Positions 9,560-19,355 of a stretch of 64,000 bases of DNA are shown piece by piece. Below the pieces are notes generated by a model. The model ran no database searches, was not told the DNA's origin, and was given only the letters and a program-made list of their open reading frames with translations. A program made the position numbers and the translations under genes. The DNA comes from an uncultured Planctomycetales bacterium (lineage in GTDB: Bacteria; Omnitrophota; Gorgyraeia; Zapsychrales; Fredricksoniimonadaceae), in NCBI GenBank assembly GCA_964572155.1, contig CAZNDZ010000001.1, positions 1,274,786 through 1,338,785 on the forward strand, read 5' to 3'. Every line of letters begins with the position of its first letter. The stretch's first letter is position 1.

Positions 9560-9588
9560 AAAACCGTGACACATTGGGTTTTAAGGTA
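9560..9588. repeat. direct repeat copy 2 (aaaaccgtgacacattgggttt + taagg)
   Basis: Matches 8848-8876. Confidence 0.7.
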
Positions 9589-9650
9589 AACTTTGAAGGT
9601 TATATAATTTTTGAAAATGTTTGATGAATTTGGTAGTATTAATCAGTGTT

Positions 9651-9728
9651 AACCGATTCCCCAAATCGGTCTAGTTTGCATGTGTAGTGAAATCCCCCGA
9701 AACTTAGGTTGAGTGTTTTTATTAATTT
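9651..9728 (+). promoter_or_regulatory. conserved upstream element copy A: 7-bp-stem hairpin with CCCCA loop, 19-nt gap, AAATCCCCCGAAACT box, T-rich + ATTAA
   Basis: Paralogous to 38573-38646. Confidence 0.5.
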
Positions 9729-9748
9729 CTTTATGTAGGGGGTAAACT

Positions 9749-10021
9749 GTGCAAATTAAGAAACGTGTTACTAAAAAATCTGCTGTGCTTTTTCCTGTAG
9801 AAATAATTCAAAGTAAGATTTATCTAATCCGTGGACAGAAAGTGATGCTTGATAGGGATTTGGCGGAGTTGTATGGTGATTCGGTGAAACGTCTTAAGCA
9901 ACAGGTTAAGCGAAACTTAAAGCGTTTTCCGGGCGATGACTTTATGTTTGAATTGACATGGGAAGAGACCGAATCTTTAAGGTCACAATTTGCAACCTTA
10001 AAAAGAGGCAAAAACAACTGA
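9749..10021 (+). pseudogene. ORF6N-domain (KilA-N-related DNA-binding) protein, truncated after ~90 aa; GTG start with AGGGGG RBS
   Basis: IRGQKVMLDRDLAELYGDSVKRLKQQVKRNLKRFPGDDFMFELTWEE…RSQFATLKRG is the ORF6N N-terminal motif; full-length members continue well beyond the point where this ORF stops. Confidence 0.5.
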
Positions 10022-10094
10022 CGTCTTGGATTCTTTGATCCGAAAAGTGTTGAAAAAGATACCAAATCTAAGCGAAAATAAATTAAGATAAGTT

Positions 10095-10787
10095 ATGTCA
10101 AAATTATTTCTTATTCCAAATGCAGTTGAAGAAACTCGAAAAATACCTTGTGGTTTTGATCCGAAGATTATTTCTCATTTGCGTGTGTTTTTTGTTGAAG
10201 AGCCAAAGGCGGCGCGAGCTTTATTGAAATCAATCTTGCCTGACTTTCCTTTATCCGAATGCCAATATCATGATTTAAATGAGCATACGACAGCTGTAGC
10301 TGTTAGAGAATATGGAAAAATTATTAAGTCTCACGATGTGGGGATTATTAGTGAATCTGGGTGTCCGTGTGTGGCTGACCCAGGGGCTGATTTAGTTTTA
10401 TTGGCTCATCAATTGAATGTTGAGGTTGTGCCTTTGGTTGGTCCGTCGTCGATCTTGCTGGCATTAATGTCCAGTGGGCTTAATGGGCAGAATTTTGCGT
10501 TTAATGGGTATTTGCCTAAAGATGAAAAAGATCGGGTGTCGAAAATTAAATTGTTGGAGCAGCGCGCGGTGAAGGAAGGACAAACGCAGATTTTTATGGA
10601 TACGCCGTATCGCAATACCAGCATGATGGAGCAATTGTTAAAGACTTTGGATGCCAAAACATTATTATGTGTGGCCTTAGATATTCAAGGAGCAGATCAG
10701 ATGATAAAGACGCAGCCTGTCAGCGAATGGCGAAAAGTGAATCTTCAATTGCCCAAGAAACCAGCTTTGTTTATAATAAATAAATGA
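10095..10787 (+). CDS. tetrapyrrole-methylase-fold SAM-dependent methyltransferase (RsmI/YraL-like)
   Basis: Conserved blocks (…SESGCPCVADPGADLV…VPLVGPSSILLALMSSGL…) align with the RsmI fold. Confidence 0.6.
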   Translation: MSKLFLIPNAVEETRKIPCGFDPKIISHLRVFFVEEPKAARALLKSILPDFPLSECQYHDLNEHTTAVAVREYGKIIKSHDVGIISESGCPCVADPGADLVLLAHQLNVEVVPLVGPSSILLALMSSGLNGQNFAFNGYLPKDEKDRVSKIKLLEQRAVKEGQTQIFMDTPYRNTSMMEQLLKTLDAKTLLCVALDIQGADQMIKTQPVSEWRKVNLQLPKKPALFIINK

Positions 10788-10806
10788 TTCTCAAAATGGA
10801 GGAAAA

Positions 10807-10992
10807 ATGATATCGATTAAGAAAAAAATGACAAAGATTATTGATGAACAGCCAGAAGATAGTTCTTATGAAGAGATTTTAAAAGAATTGGCTTTCGAAC
10901 GTATGGTTGAAAGAGGGTTAGCAGATTCTAGATCAGGAAAAACAGTTTCTGATGCACAATTAAAGAGAAGGATTAAATTGTGGCAGAAATAA
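10807..10992 (+). CDS. small antitoxin-like protein (addiction-module component) upstream of the ParE-like toxin
   Basis: 61 aa, acidic N-terminus; 13-nt overlap with the RelE/ParE gene. Confidence 0.5.
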   Translation: MISIKKKMTKIIDEQPEDSSYEEILKELAFERMVERGLADSRSGKTVSDAQLKRRIKLWQK

Positions 10993-11282
10993 GATGGACA
11001 AAAGAAGCAGAGAGTTGGCTTAAAGATATACATGATTATATTGCAACTGATAACCCGCGCGCTGCGATGAAAGTAGTTGAATCGATTTACGATAATGTGC
11101 AGTTATTAAAGAAACAACCAAACATAGGGCATCGTTATCATCGATATGCTCAAATAAATATTCGCGTCTTACTTCATGGTCATTATCGTATTGCGTATTT
11201 AATTAAAGATGATGAAAATATTGATATCTTGGGAGTGTTTCACGGATCTTTAGATATCGATCGGTATTTATTTACGAATTAA
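10980..11282 (+). CDS. RelE/ParE-family type II toxin
   Basis: …RWTKEAESWLKDIHDYIATDNPRAAMKVVESIYDNVQLLKKQPNIGHR…YRIAYLIKDDENIDILGVFH is the typical ParE-like pattern. Confidence 0.7.
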   Translation: MAEIRWTKEAESWLKDIHDYIATDNPRAAMKVVESIYDNVQLLKKQPNIGHRYHRYAQINIRVLLHGHYRIAYLIKDDENIDILGVFHGSLDIDRYLFTN

Positions 11283-11294
11283 TAGGAGAATCAT

Positions 11295-13997
11295 ATGGCC
11301 AGCTTTGATCAAAAATCCGTTAAGAAAACCCTTAAGATTAAAACAGCGTCTTACACAATGTATTCGCTGCCAAAATTAGCTAAAGATTTAAATAGAGATA
11401 TTAGCAAGTTGCCGTTTTCCATCCGTATTTTATTAGAATCCGCTATCCGTAATTTTGATAACTATCAAGTGACTCAAAAAGATATCGATACAATCATCAA
11501 TTGGAAACCCAATGAACGCAAAGATGAGATTGCTTTTAAACCTGGGCGTGTGGTGTTACAAGATTTCACTGGTGTTCCGTGTGTCGTCGATATGGCGGCC
11601 ATGCGTGACGCGATGAAGATGTTGGGTGGCGATATTAAAAAAATTAATCCTCAAGTTCAGTGCGACTTAGTTATTGATCACTCCGTGCAAGTCGATGCCT
11701 TTGGGACAAAGGATGCGTTGGCCCAAAACGTCAAGCTTGAGTTTGAACGTAACATCGAGCGTTATGAATTTTTAAAGTGGGGGCAAAGTGCCTTGCAAAA
11801 TTTCCGTGTGGTGCCACCTGCGACAGGGATTGTGCATCAAGTTAACTTAGAATATTTAGCTAAAGGTGTTTTGCAAAAGAAAGATGGCAAAGAAAAAGTT
11901 GCTTATCCCGATAGCTGTGTTGGTACAGATTCACACACGACCATGATCAATGGTTTAGGTGTTGTGGGTTGGGGGGTTGGCGGTATTGAAGCAGAATCGG
12001 TCATGCTTGGCGAACCCATTTATATGTTATTGCCCGAAGTGGTTGGTTTTAAATTAACAGGGGCGCTTAAAGAAGGGGTGACCGCAACGGATTTAGTTTT
12101 AACTGTTACCCAAATGTTACGTAAAAAAGGTGTGGTTGAAAAGTTTGTGGAATTCTTTGGTTCAGGTTTAGCGTCATTGTCACTGCCAGATCGTGCCACC
12201 ATTGCTAACATGGCACCAGAATATGGGGCAACCATTGGTTTATTTCCTGTCGATCAAGAAACATTGCATTTTTTAAAATTGTCAGGACGTACACCCGCAG
12301 AAGTTGACTTGGTTGAAAAATATAATAAAGAACAAGGTTTGTTCTATACGGATAAAACACCACAACCAGAATATAGCGACTTATTAGAACTTGATTTATC
12401 AACGGTTGAGCCTTGTTTGGCTGGTCCAAAGCGCCCACAAGACCGTGTGCCTTTGAAAGAATTAAAACAAAACTTCAAAGCCACATTAACGGCGGATGTG
12501 AAATCTCGTGGGTATGGATTAACAGAAGGTGATTTATCAAGAACAGCGACGGTTGTTAATGGCACAACCGAAGACATTGGTCATGGCGCTGTAGTTATTG
12601 CGGCGATCACCAGCTGTACAAATACATCAAACCCCTCAGTGTTGATTGGTGCAGGTTTGGTGGCTAAAAAAGCAGTTGAAAAAGGTTTAATGTCCCATAG
12701 CTATGTAAAAACATCCTTTGCTCCAGGGTCACAAGTTGTTCTAGATTATTTAAAAGGCGCAGGGTTAATGAAGTATTTAGAAAAATTAGGATTTAACATT
12801 GTTGGTTATGGTTGTACGACGTGTATTGGTAATTCAGGTCCATTGCCTGAACATGTTTCAAAAGCCATTGTCGATGGTAATCTTGTTGCCGCGGCGGTTT
12901 TATCCGGTAACAGAAATTTCGAAGGCCGTGTTAACCCGCATGCCAAAGCAAACTTCTTAGCGAGCCCACCGTTGGTTGTGGCCTATGCTTTAGCAGGGAC
13001 GGTCAATAAAGATTTAATCAATGAACCCTTAGGTCATGATAAAAAAGGCAATCCGGTCTATTTAAAAGACATTTGGCCAACTCAAAAAGAAATCAATGAT
13101 TTAGCTAAGAAATTTGTTAAGTCATCGATCTTTAAGGCGCGTTATAAAAATGTCGACAAAGGTAATAAGAATTGGAATGCGATTAAGTCCGTTAAATCCG
13201 ATTTATTTGCATGGGATGATAAGAGCACCTATATTCAAAACCCACCCTATTTCATTGGCATGAAACAGGAAGTTGTTCCGATTCAAACGGTGACTGGAGC
13301 AAAATGTTTGGTCATGGTCGCTGATTCGATCACAACGGATCATATTTCACCTGCAGGATCGATCACCAAAGATTCACCAGCTGGAAAATTCTTGCTTGAT
13401 AATGGCGTTGCACCAAAAGATTTTAACCAATACGGTGCTCGTCGTGGTAACGATAAAGTTATGACGCGCGGGACCTTTGCTAATATTCGTTTGCGCAACA
13501 TCATTGCCCCAGGCACCGAAGGTCCATGGACAACTTACTGGCCAACAGGTGAGAAGATGTTCATTTATGATGCAGCCATGAAGTACAAAGCGAGCAAGAC
13601 ACCGTTGGTAGTTTTAGCGGGTAAAGAATATGGTACGGGCTCATCACGTGATTGGGCAGCGAAGGGCACAACATTATTAGGTGTTAAAGCGGTTATTGCC
13701 GAAAGCTTCGAACGCATTCACCGCAGTAACTTGGTTGGTATGGGTGTTTTACCATGTCAGTTTATCAATGGGGCAACGGCGGCCTCTCATGGTCTTAAAG
13801 GTGATGAAACTTATGATTTTGTCGACTTAAATGATGATTTAAAACCTCGTCAGGAATTAACCATTAAAGTGACAGGGACAGATGGTGGTCATCAATTCAT
13901 CAAAGTCTTATCACGCGTCGATACACCGGTTGAAGTGGATTATTTACGTAACGGAGGCATCTTACAAACCGTGTTGCGTAAATTAGCAAAATCATAA
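11295..13997 (+). CDS. acnA: aconitate hydratase A
   Basis: 900 aa; characteristic aconitase motifs (…[13 protein letters not shown]…, …SCTNTSNP…, …[10 protein letters not shown]…, SR domain). Confidence 0.95.
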   Translation: MASFDQKSVKKTLKIKTASYTMYSLPKLAKDLNRDISKLPFSIRILLESAIRNFDNYQVTQKDIDTIINWKPNERKDEIAFKPGRVVLQDFTGVPCVVDMAAMRDAMKMLGGDIKKINPQVQCDLVIDHSVQVDAFGTKDALAQNVKLEFERNIERYEFLKWGQSALQNFRVVPPATGIVHQVNLEYLAKGVLQKKDGKEKVAYPDSCVGTDSHTTMINGLGVVGWGVGGIEAESVMLGEPIYMLLPEVVGFKLTGALKEGVTATDLVLTVTQMLRKKGVVEKFVEFFGSGLASLSLPDRATIANMAPEYGATIGLFPVDQETLHFLKLSGRTPAEVDLVEKYNKEQGLFYTDKTPQPEYSDLLELDLSTVEPCLAGPKRPQDRVPLKELKQNFKATLTADVKSRGYGLTEGDLSRTATVVNGTTEDIGHGAVVIAAITSCTNTSNPSVLIGAGLVAKKAVEKGLMSHSYVKTSFAPGSQVVLDYLKGAGLMKYLEKLGFNIVGYGCTTCIGNSGPLPEHVSKAIVDGNLVAAAVLSGNRNFEGRVNPHAKANFLASPPLVVAYALAGTVNKDLINEPLGHDKKGNPVYLKDIWPTQKEINDLAKKFVKSSIFKARYKNVDKGNKNWNAIKSVKSDLFAWDDKSTYIQNPPYFIGMKQEVVPIQTVTGAKCLVMVADSITTDHISPAGSITKDSPAGKFLLDNGVAPKDFNQYGARRGNDKVMTRGTFANIRLRNIIAPGTEGPWTTYWPTGEKMFIYDAAMKYKASKTPLVVLAGKEYGTGSSRDWAAKGTTLLGVKAVIAESFERIHRSNLVGMGVLPCQFINGATAASHGLKGDETYDFVDLNDDLKPRQELTIKVTGTDGGHQFIKVLSRVDTPVEVDYLRNGGILQTVLRKLAKS

Positions 13998-14006
13998 AGG
14001 GTTTAT

Positions 14007-14588
14007 ATGAAATTACTTTACACCAAACGCTCACCCTTTGCCCGCAAGGTTAGGGTGGTGGCTTTAGAAAAAAATATTACGCTCGATTATATTGACGAAG
14101 ATTTACAAAATAAGTCGGAGCAATTAAAGAAAGCCAACCCTATTGCAAAAGTTCCGACGCTGATCCTCGATAATGGGCAAACTATCTACGATTCTAAGGT
14201 CATTGTGCAGTATTTAGAACAACATTATCCAACGCCTGCATTAATTCCGACAGGTGAACAACGATTTGACGCGCTTAAAATGGAGGCCATGGCAGATGAT
14301 ATGGTTGTAAACGCGATTAATGCCTACATGGAAAAAATTAGACATCCAAAAGATTTTAATTTGCCCTTTATTAAAGGCCAAGAAGCGTCGATCTTAGCTG
14401 TTTTTGCACACCTTGAAGAAAATATTGCTGCGCTTAAAAGCATCCATGTTGGGACCATCAATGTTGCCTGCGCCATTGGGTATATCCAGTTTCGTTTGCC
14501 GCATTTAAAGCCCTCGGGTGCTTTAGCCGCATGGTTTGATAATATGTCCAAACGTCCAAGTTTTTCTCAAACCATGCCGGTGGCATAA
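14007..14588 (+). CDS. glutathione S-transferase family protein
   Basis: GST N-terminal thioredoxin-like motif (…KVPTLILDNGQTIYDSKVIVQYLE…). Confidence 0.75.
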   Translation: MKLLYTKRSPFARKVRVVALEKNITLDYIDEDLQNKSEQLKKANPIAKVPTLILDNGQTIYDSKVIVQYLEQHYPTPALIPTGEQRFDALKMEAMADDMVVNAINAYMEKIRHPKDFNLPFIKGQEASILAVFAHLEENIAALKSIHVGTINVACAIGYIQFRLPHLKPSGALAAWFDNMSKRPSFSQTMPVA

Positions 14589-15079
14589 TGGCACGCCGTC
14601 GTCTTGATTTTAGGCGTCAGGAACCAGTGACCTTACCAAATGGTCGCACCATTAAAATTTCCTACATCAATCATCCAGGTGCTGTCATCATCGCGCCATT
14701 TTTAAGTAAAGATAAAATATTGTTCATGAAACAATATAGGCCAGCACTTAAGAAATATATTTATGAATTACCCGCAGGCACACTTGATCCCAATGAATCA
14801 TTGTTAACATGCGCCAAACGTGAATTGATTGAAGAAACAGGGTACCGCACCTCAAAGATTAAGAAGATCGGTCAAATTTACCCTGTACCTGGTTACTCGA
14901 CGGAAATCATTCATATTTTCAAGGCAGAGAAGTTGGTGGCTGGTGTTGCAGAACCAGAAGTTTATGAAGTGATCAAACTTCACCCAATGACAAAAGCCCA
15001 AGTCGTTCGATTATTCAAAAAGGGTCAATTGCAGGATGGTAAAAGCATATGCGCTTTAACTTTTTGTGGTTGGCTATAA
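14588..15079 (+). CDS. NUDIX hydrolase
   Basis: Nudix box …GTLDPNESLLTCAKRELIEETGY…. Confidence 0.8.
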   Translation: MARRRLDFRRQEPVTLPNGRTIKISYINHPGAVIIAPFLSKDKILFMKQYRPALKKYIYELPAGTLDPNESLLTCAKRELIEETGYRTSKIKKIGQIYPVPGYSTEIIHIFKAEKLVAGVAEPEVYEVIKLHPMTKAQVVRLFKKGQLQDGKSICALTFCGWL

Positions 15080-15684
15080 TTCTATCTGGTTGTACAACTG
15101 TCCCAACATCCATTCAACGTCTTGATCCATCACATACTCAAGCCATTTTAGTAAAAGCATCAGGCATTCATGCAAAAGTTTCTTTGTGGGAAAGAAATAA
15201 AGCATGGATAAGGACCTATGCTGCCGATGCTGTCATTGGTCGAAATGGTTTAGCAAAAATTGATGCTAAAAAAGAAGGGGATGGTACAACCCCACAAGGT
15301 GTATTTAATCTCACCAGAGCTTTTGGCTATGACACAACGCTTGCAACAGGATTAAATTATCGTCAGGTGACCTCAGAAGATGTTTGGGTCGACGATGTAA
15401 ATTCAAACGATTATAATCAATGGGTTCAAACAACGACAGCAACTTCCTTTGAAAAATTGCGTAGGGATGATCATTTATATCGTATGGCTGCTGTCATTGA
15501 ATATAATACGGATACAATTGTCAAAGGCAATGGCAGCGCGATCTTCATGCACATCTGGCGAAAATATTATAAACCAACCGCGGGTTGTGTGGCCTTATCG
15601 GAAAGAAATTTAAAACGAATCTTATCAAAACTAAATGTTGAACGTAAACCAGTGATCATTCTCGAGGATTCTCATGGATCTTGA
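15049..15684 (+). CDS. L,D-transpeptidase family lipoprotein (YkuD domain)
   Basis: Lipobox LSGC; catalytic His/Cys motif …IFMHIW…PTAGCVAL. Confidence 0.75.
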   Translation: MRFNFLWLAIILSGCTTVPTSIQRLDPSHTQAILVKASGIHAKVSLWERNKAWIRTYAADAVIGRNGLAKIDAKKEGDGTTPQGVFNLTRAFGYDTTLATGLNYRQVTSEDVWVDDVNSNDYNQWVQTTTATSFEKLRRDDHLYRMAAVIEYNTDTIVKGNGSAIFMHIWRKYYKPTAGCVALSERNLKRILSKLNVERKPVIILEDSHGS

Positions 15685-15955
15685 ACAAGCCAATACAATG
15701 CAACTTAATGCCATGTTACAAATGGCAGGTGTAACAACCGCTAACGGTGGCATGAATTGGGGGAATATTATCGCAAATTTGATTTTTGGCGTGATTGGTA
15801 CGGTGGCGTTGATGTATGGTTGGAAGAATAAGTCGCCTAAACCTTTAGTTATTGGTATTGCGATGTCCATTTTTCCATTTTTTGTGAGTAATACAATTTT
15901 AGTGTTTATGATTGGTTTTGGACTAACAGCGTTGTTATACTTCTGGAGAGATTAA
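15674..15955 (+). CDS. hypothetical small membrane protein
   Basis: 93 aa, two hydrophobic helices. Confidence 0.45.
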   Translation: MDLEQANTMQLNAMLQMAGVTTANGGMNWGNIIANLIFGVIGTVALMYGWKNKSPKPLVIGIAMSIFPFFVSNTILVFMIGFGLTALLYFWRD

Positions 15956-15971
15956 ATTTAGGAGAAGCAAA

Positions 15972-16667
15972 ATGAAAACAAATAACGTTTTTATGTCTTT
16001 AAAAAATACCATCTTAACCCCGCTTGTGCAGGGCCTTTTGTTGATTATTCCTTTTTTCATCACGTGGCGTATTGCTGATAATTGGCATTTAAGTTTCTTC
16101 GTTGCCTGTCTGGTGTATTATTTTGTCATGGTCATGATGACCATTTTATTTTTGCGGGTATATATCACCATTTTTCCTTTTAATGAAGGCAAGTTTAATA
16201 ACCATGATCATCCCATGCAGTTTTATCATTGGAGTTTGTGGAGTTATTTGTATGCATCGAATTTGTTCTTTATTTCCGACAATATTTTGATCCCGCCGAT
16301 GTTTCGAAAAACAATCTACGGTTGGCTGGGTGCTAAAACAGGTAAGGGGATTTTGTTGATTTGCGCGACGATCAGTGATCCTGCTTTACTTGAAATCGAA
16401 GAAAATGTCATTATTGGTGAAGGTTCTGTTATTTTTGGCCACTTGATCACACCGCCAGATAAGTTGATGCTAGGCAAGGTTGTCATTAAGAAAGGTGCTT
16501 TAATTGGTGCTATGTCATTTATTTCTCCAGGTGTCACGATTGGGGAGAATTCATTGCTTAAGATGTCATCGGTTGTTTATCCTAATACGGTGATCCCACC
16601 CAATGAGGTTTGGGGCGGTAATCCTGCTGTTAAGATTAAAAATTTAGAAAAACATAACAATGATTAA
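15972..16667 (+). CDS. membrane-anchored hexapeptide-repeat (left-handed beta-helix) acyl/acetyltransferase
   Basis: N-terminal TM helices; C-terminal hexapeptide repeats (…IGEGSVIFGHLI…IGAMSFISPGVTIGENS…). Confidence 0.6.
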   Translation: MKTNNVFMSLKNTILTPLVQGLLLIIPFFITWRIADNWHLSFFVACLVYYFVMVMMTILFLRVYITIFPFNEGKFNNHDHPMQFYHWSLWSYLYASNLFFISDNILIPPMFRKTIYGWLGAKTGKGILLICATISDPALLEIEENVIIGEGSVIFGHLITPPDKLMLGKVVIKKGALIGAMSFISPGVTIGENSLLKMSSVVYPNTVIPPNEVWGGNPAVKIKNLEKHNND

Positions 16668-17268
16668 ATCACGTCGATTTGCTGTTATTTTAGCAGGCTG
16701 TGGCAATAAGGATGGGGCGGAGATTCAAGAAAGCGTCTTAACCTTGCTTGCCATAGATAAGGCAGGTCACACCTATCAATGTTTTGCGCCTGATGTGTCT
16801 CAGGTTCAAACGCTTAATTTCCTTACCAATGAACCCCTTAAAGAACAGCGTAATGTTTTACTTGAATCCGCGCGCATTGCAAGATCAAATATCAAGCCTT
16901 TGTCTGAGTATAAGCCGGAAGATTTTGATGTCCTGATTTTACCAGGCGGTTCAGGAGTTGCTTATAATTTGTGCACCTATGCGACTCAAAAGATGGATAT
17001 GAGCATCAATGACGAGGTCACCAAAGCTATTCTTTCAACGTACAATCTAAGTCGTCCTATTGGCGCTTTATGCATTGCTCCCGTCATGATTGCCAAATTA
17101 ATCCCAAAAGCCAATATCACGATCGGCCAAGACGTAAAACCGCAGGATGTTGTTATTGATACAACCCATAAAATTGTCACAACCCCGTGTTATATGGTTG
17201 AAGCAAAGATCAGTGACATTGCCATTGGCATTGAAAAATGCGTTTTAAGCTTGGTTGATCTCGCCTAA
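16660..17268 (+). CDS. elbB: DJ-1/PfpI-family glyoxalase ElbB
   Basis: Collinear with E. coli ElbB along full length (AVILAGCG…DGAEIQESVLTLLAI…CFAPD…NVL…ESARIAR…IVTTPCYM). Confidence 0.8.
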   Translation: MIKSRRFAVILAGCGNKDGAEIQESVLTLLAIDKAGHTYQCFAPDVSQVQTLNFLTNEPLKEQRNVLLESARIARSNIKPLSEYKPEDFDVLILPGGSGVAYNLCTYATQKMDMSINDEVTKAILSTYNLSRPIGALCIAPVMIAKLIPKANITIGQDVKPQDVVIDTTHKIVTTPCYMVEAKISDIAIGIEKCVLSLVDLA

Positions 17269-17276
17269 TCCAACCG

Positions 17277-17306
17277 TTGACACGCCTGCCCAACGCGCCT
17301 ATAATC
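17277..17306 (+). promoter_or_regulatory. consensus sigma70 promoter TTGACA-17-TATAAT followed by AGGAG RBS for leuC
   Basis: ttgacacgcctgcccaacgcgcctataat read directly; only ~30 nt of leader, no attenuator. Confidence 0.6.
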
Positions 17307-17337
17307 TTACCTTTACTAAAGCCGATAGGAGTAAGTT

Positions 17338-18735
17338 ATGAGTAAAACCATGTTTGAAAAAATTTGGAACGATCATTTGGTGCGCGATTCCCAAGGGGAT
17401 ACGTCGATTATCTATATTGATCTGCATTTAATTCACGAAGTCACGTCCCCGCAAGCATTTGCAGCATTGCGTGAAACAAAGCGCACGGTTAGAAAACCTC
17501 AAAATACCTTTGCGACCATGGACCATAATGTGAGCACTAAAACCAAGGATATCACCAAGGTAGAGGCTTCTTCACGTAATCAAATGGATACATTGTCTCA
17601 AAATTGCGTTGAGTTTGGCGTTACATTATATGATTTTACTAACGAAAACCAAGGCATTGTGCACGTCATTGGACCCGAGCAAGGTTTGACATTGCCAGGG
17701 ATGACCATAGTTTGTGGGGACTCACATACCGCAACACATGGTGCTTTTGGGGCTTTGGCTTTTGGTATCGGCACCTCAGAAGTCGAACATGTCTTGGCCA
17801 CACAAACATTGCAACAGAATAAACCCAAGACCATGTTGATCAACATCGACGGTCAATTGCCAAAAGCATCGACGGCCAAGGATATTATCCTTTATATCAT
17901 CGGCAAAATCGGTACAGCTGGTGGTACAGGTTATGTTATTGAATATGCTGGTTCAGCGATCCGTGCCTTATCTATGGAAGCGCGCATGACCATTTGCAAT
18001 ATGTCAATCGAAGCGGGTGCCCGTGCAGGCATGATTGCACCAGATGACATTACTTTTGAATATATCCAAGGTAAAGATTTTGCACCTAAGGGTGAAGATT
18101 GGAAGAAAGCTGTCGCTAATTGGAAAACATTACCGTCGGATAAAGATGCTAAATTTGATTTTGTTTTAAATATCAAAGCAGAAGATATTAAGCCTCAAGT
18201 CACTTGGGGAACAAGTCCAGGCCAAGTCACATCCGTTGATGGTGTGGTGCCAGATCCGGAAAGCTTTACGAACCCCGTTGATCGCACTGCCGCGCGCAAT
18301 GCCTTAGCCTATATGCAATTAACACCAGGGACAAAAATCAGCGATATTAAAATTGATAAGGTTTTTATTGGTTCATGTACAAATGGCCGCATGGAAGACT
18401 TGCGTGCCGCGGCACAAATGGTCATTGGTAAACGCGTTGCCCCAGGGGTTACGGCGATTGTTGTCCCAGGTTCTGGCCGTGTGCGCAAGCAAGCCATCAA
18501 AGAAGGCTTGGATAAGATCTTTGTCGATGCTGGTTTTGAATGGCGTTATGCGGGTTGTTCCATGTGTTTAGGGATGAATGATGATCAATTAAAAAAAGGT
18601 GAACGCTGTGCCTCGTCGAGCAATCGTAACTTCGAAGGGCGTCAAGGCCCAGGGGGCTTAACCCATTTGATGGGACCAGAAATGGCCGCGGTTGCCGCGT
18701 TAACAGGAAAAATTACGGATATCAGAAAGATATAA
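17338..18735 (+). CDS. leuC: 3-isopropylmalate dehydratase large subunit
   Basis: Aconitase-family large subunit with LeuC-specific blocks. Confidence 0.95.
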   Translation: MSKTMFEKIWNDHLVRDSQGDTSIIYIDLHLIHEVTSPQAFAALRETKRTVRKPQNTFATMDHNVSTKTKDITKVEASSRNQMDTLSQNCVEFGVTLYDFTNENQGIVHVIGPEQGLTLPGMTIVCGDSHTATHGAFGALAFGIGTSEVEHVLATQTLQQNKPKTMLINIDGQLPKASTAKDIILYIIGKIGTAGGTGYVIEYAGSAIRALSMEARMTICNMSIEAGARAGMIAPDDITFEYIQGKDFAPKGEDWKKAVANWKTLPSDKDAKFDFVLNIKAEDIKPQVTWGTSPGQVTSVDGVVPDPESFTNPVDRTAARNALAYMQLTPGTKISDIKIDKVFIGSCTNGRMEDLRAAAQMVIGKRVAPGVTAIVVPGSGRVRKQAIKEGLDKIFVDAGFEWRYAGCSMCLGMNDDQLKKGERCASSSNRNFEGRQGPGGLTHLMGPEMAAVAALTGKITDIRKI

Positions 18736-18737
18736 TT

Positions 18738-19355
18738 ATGGAACCATTTAAAACACATACAGGCATTGCTTTACCACTTAACCGCGTGAACGTTGACACC
18801 GACGCGATCATCCCAAAGCAATTTTTGCGTAAGATTGACCGCAAAGGTTTCGGACAGCATTTATTCCATGAATGGCGTTATTTAGATTATGAAGGCACCA
18901 AAGAAAATCCTGATTTCTTAATGAACCAAGAGCCATATCGTAAGGCAACGGTTTTACTTGCCCGTGATAACTTTGGTTGTGGTTCTAGCCGTGAACATGC
19001 GCCATGGGCTTTGGATGATTTTGGTTTTAAAGTCATCATTGCGCCAAGTTTTGCCGATATCTTTTATAACAATTGCGTTAAGAACGGAATTCTCTTAGTG
19101 CGGCTAAAGTCAAAAGAGGTTGATGAAATTTTTGATTTTGTTGAAAAGAATAAGGGCGCCAAGATCGTTGCTGATTTACCGTCACAAAAAGTCACGGCCA
19201 ATGGTAAATCCTATGGTTTTGAGATCAGTCCGTTTAATAAAGAATGTTTGATCAAAGGCTTAGATGGCATTGGTTGGACATTGCAATTCAATGAACGTAT
19301 TGCACAATACGAAACAAAATTACAGCAAGAAAAACCTTGGTTAGTGAGGAAATAA
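18738..19355 (+). CDS. leuD: 3-isopropylmalate dehydratase small subunit
   Basis: Swivel-domain protein immediately after leuC. Confidence 0.9.
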   Translation: MEPFKTHTGIALPLNRVNVDTDAIIPKQFLRKIDRKGFGQHLFHEWRYLDYEGTKENPDFLMNQEPYRKATVLLARDNFGCGSSREHAPWALDDFGFKVIIAPSFADIFYNNCVKNGILLVRLKSKEVDEIFDFVEKNKGAKIVADLPSQKVTANGKSYGFEISPFNKECLIKGLDGIGWTLQFNERIAQYETKLQQEKPWLVRK

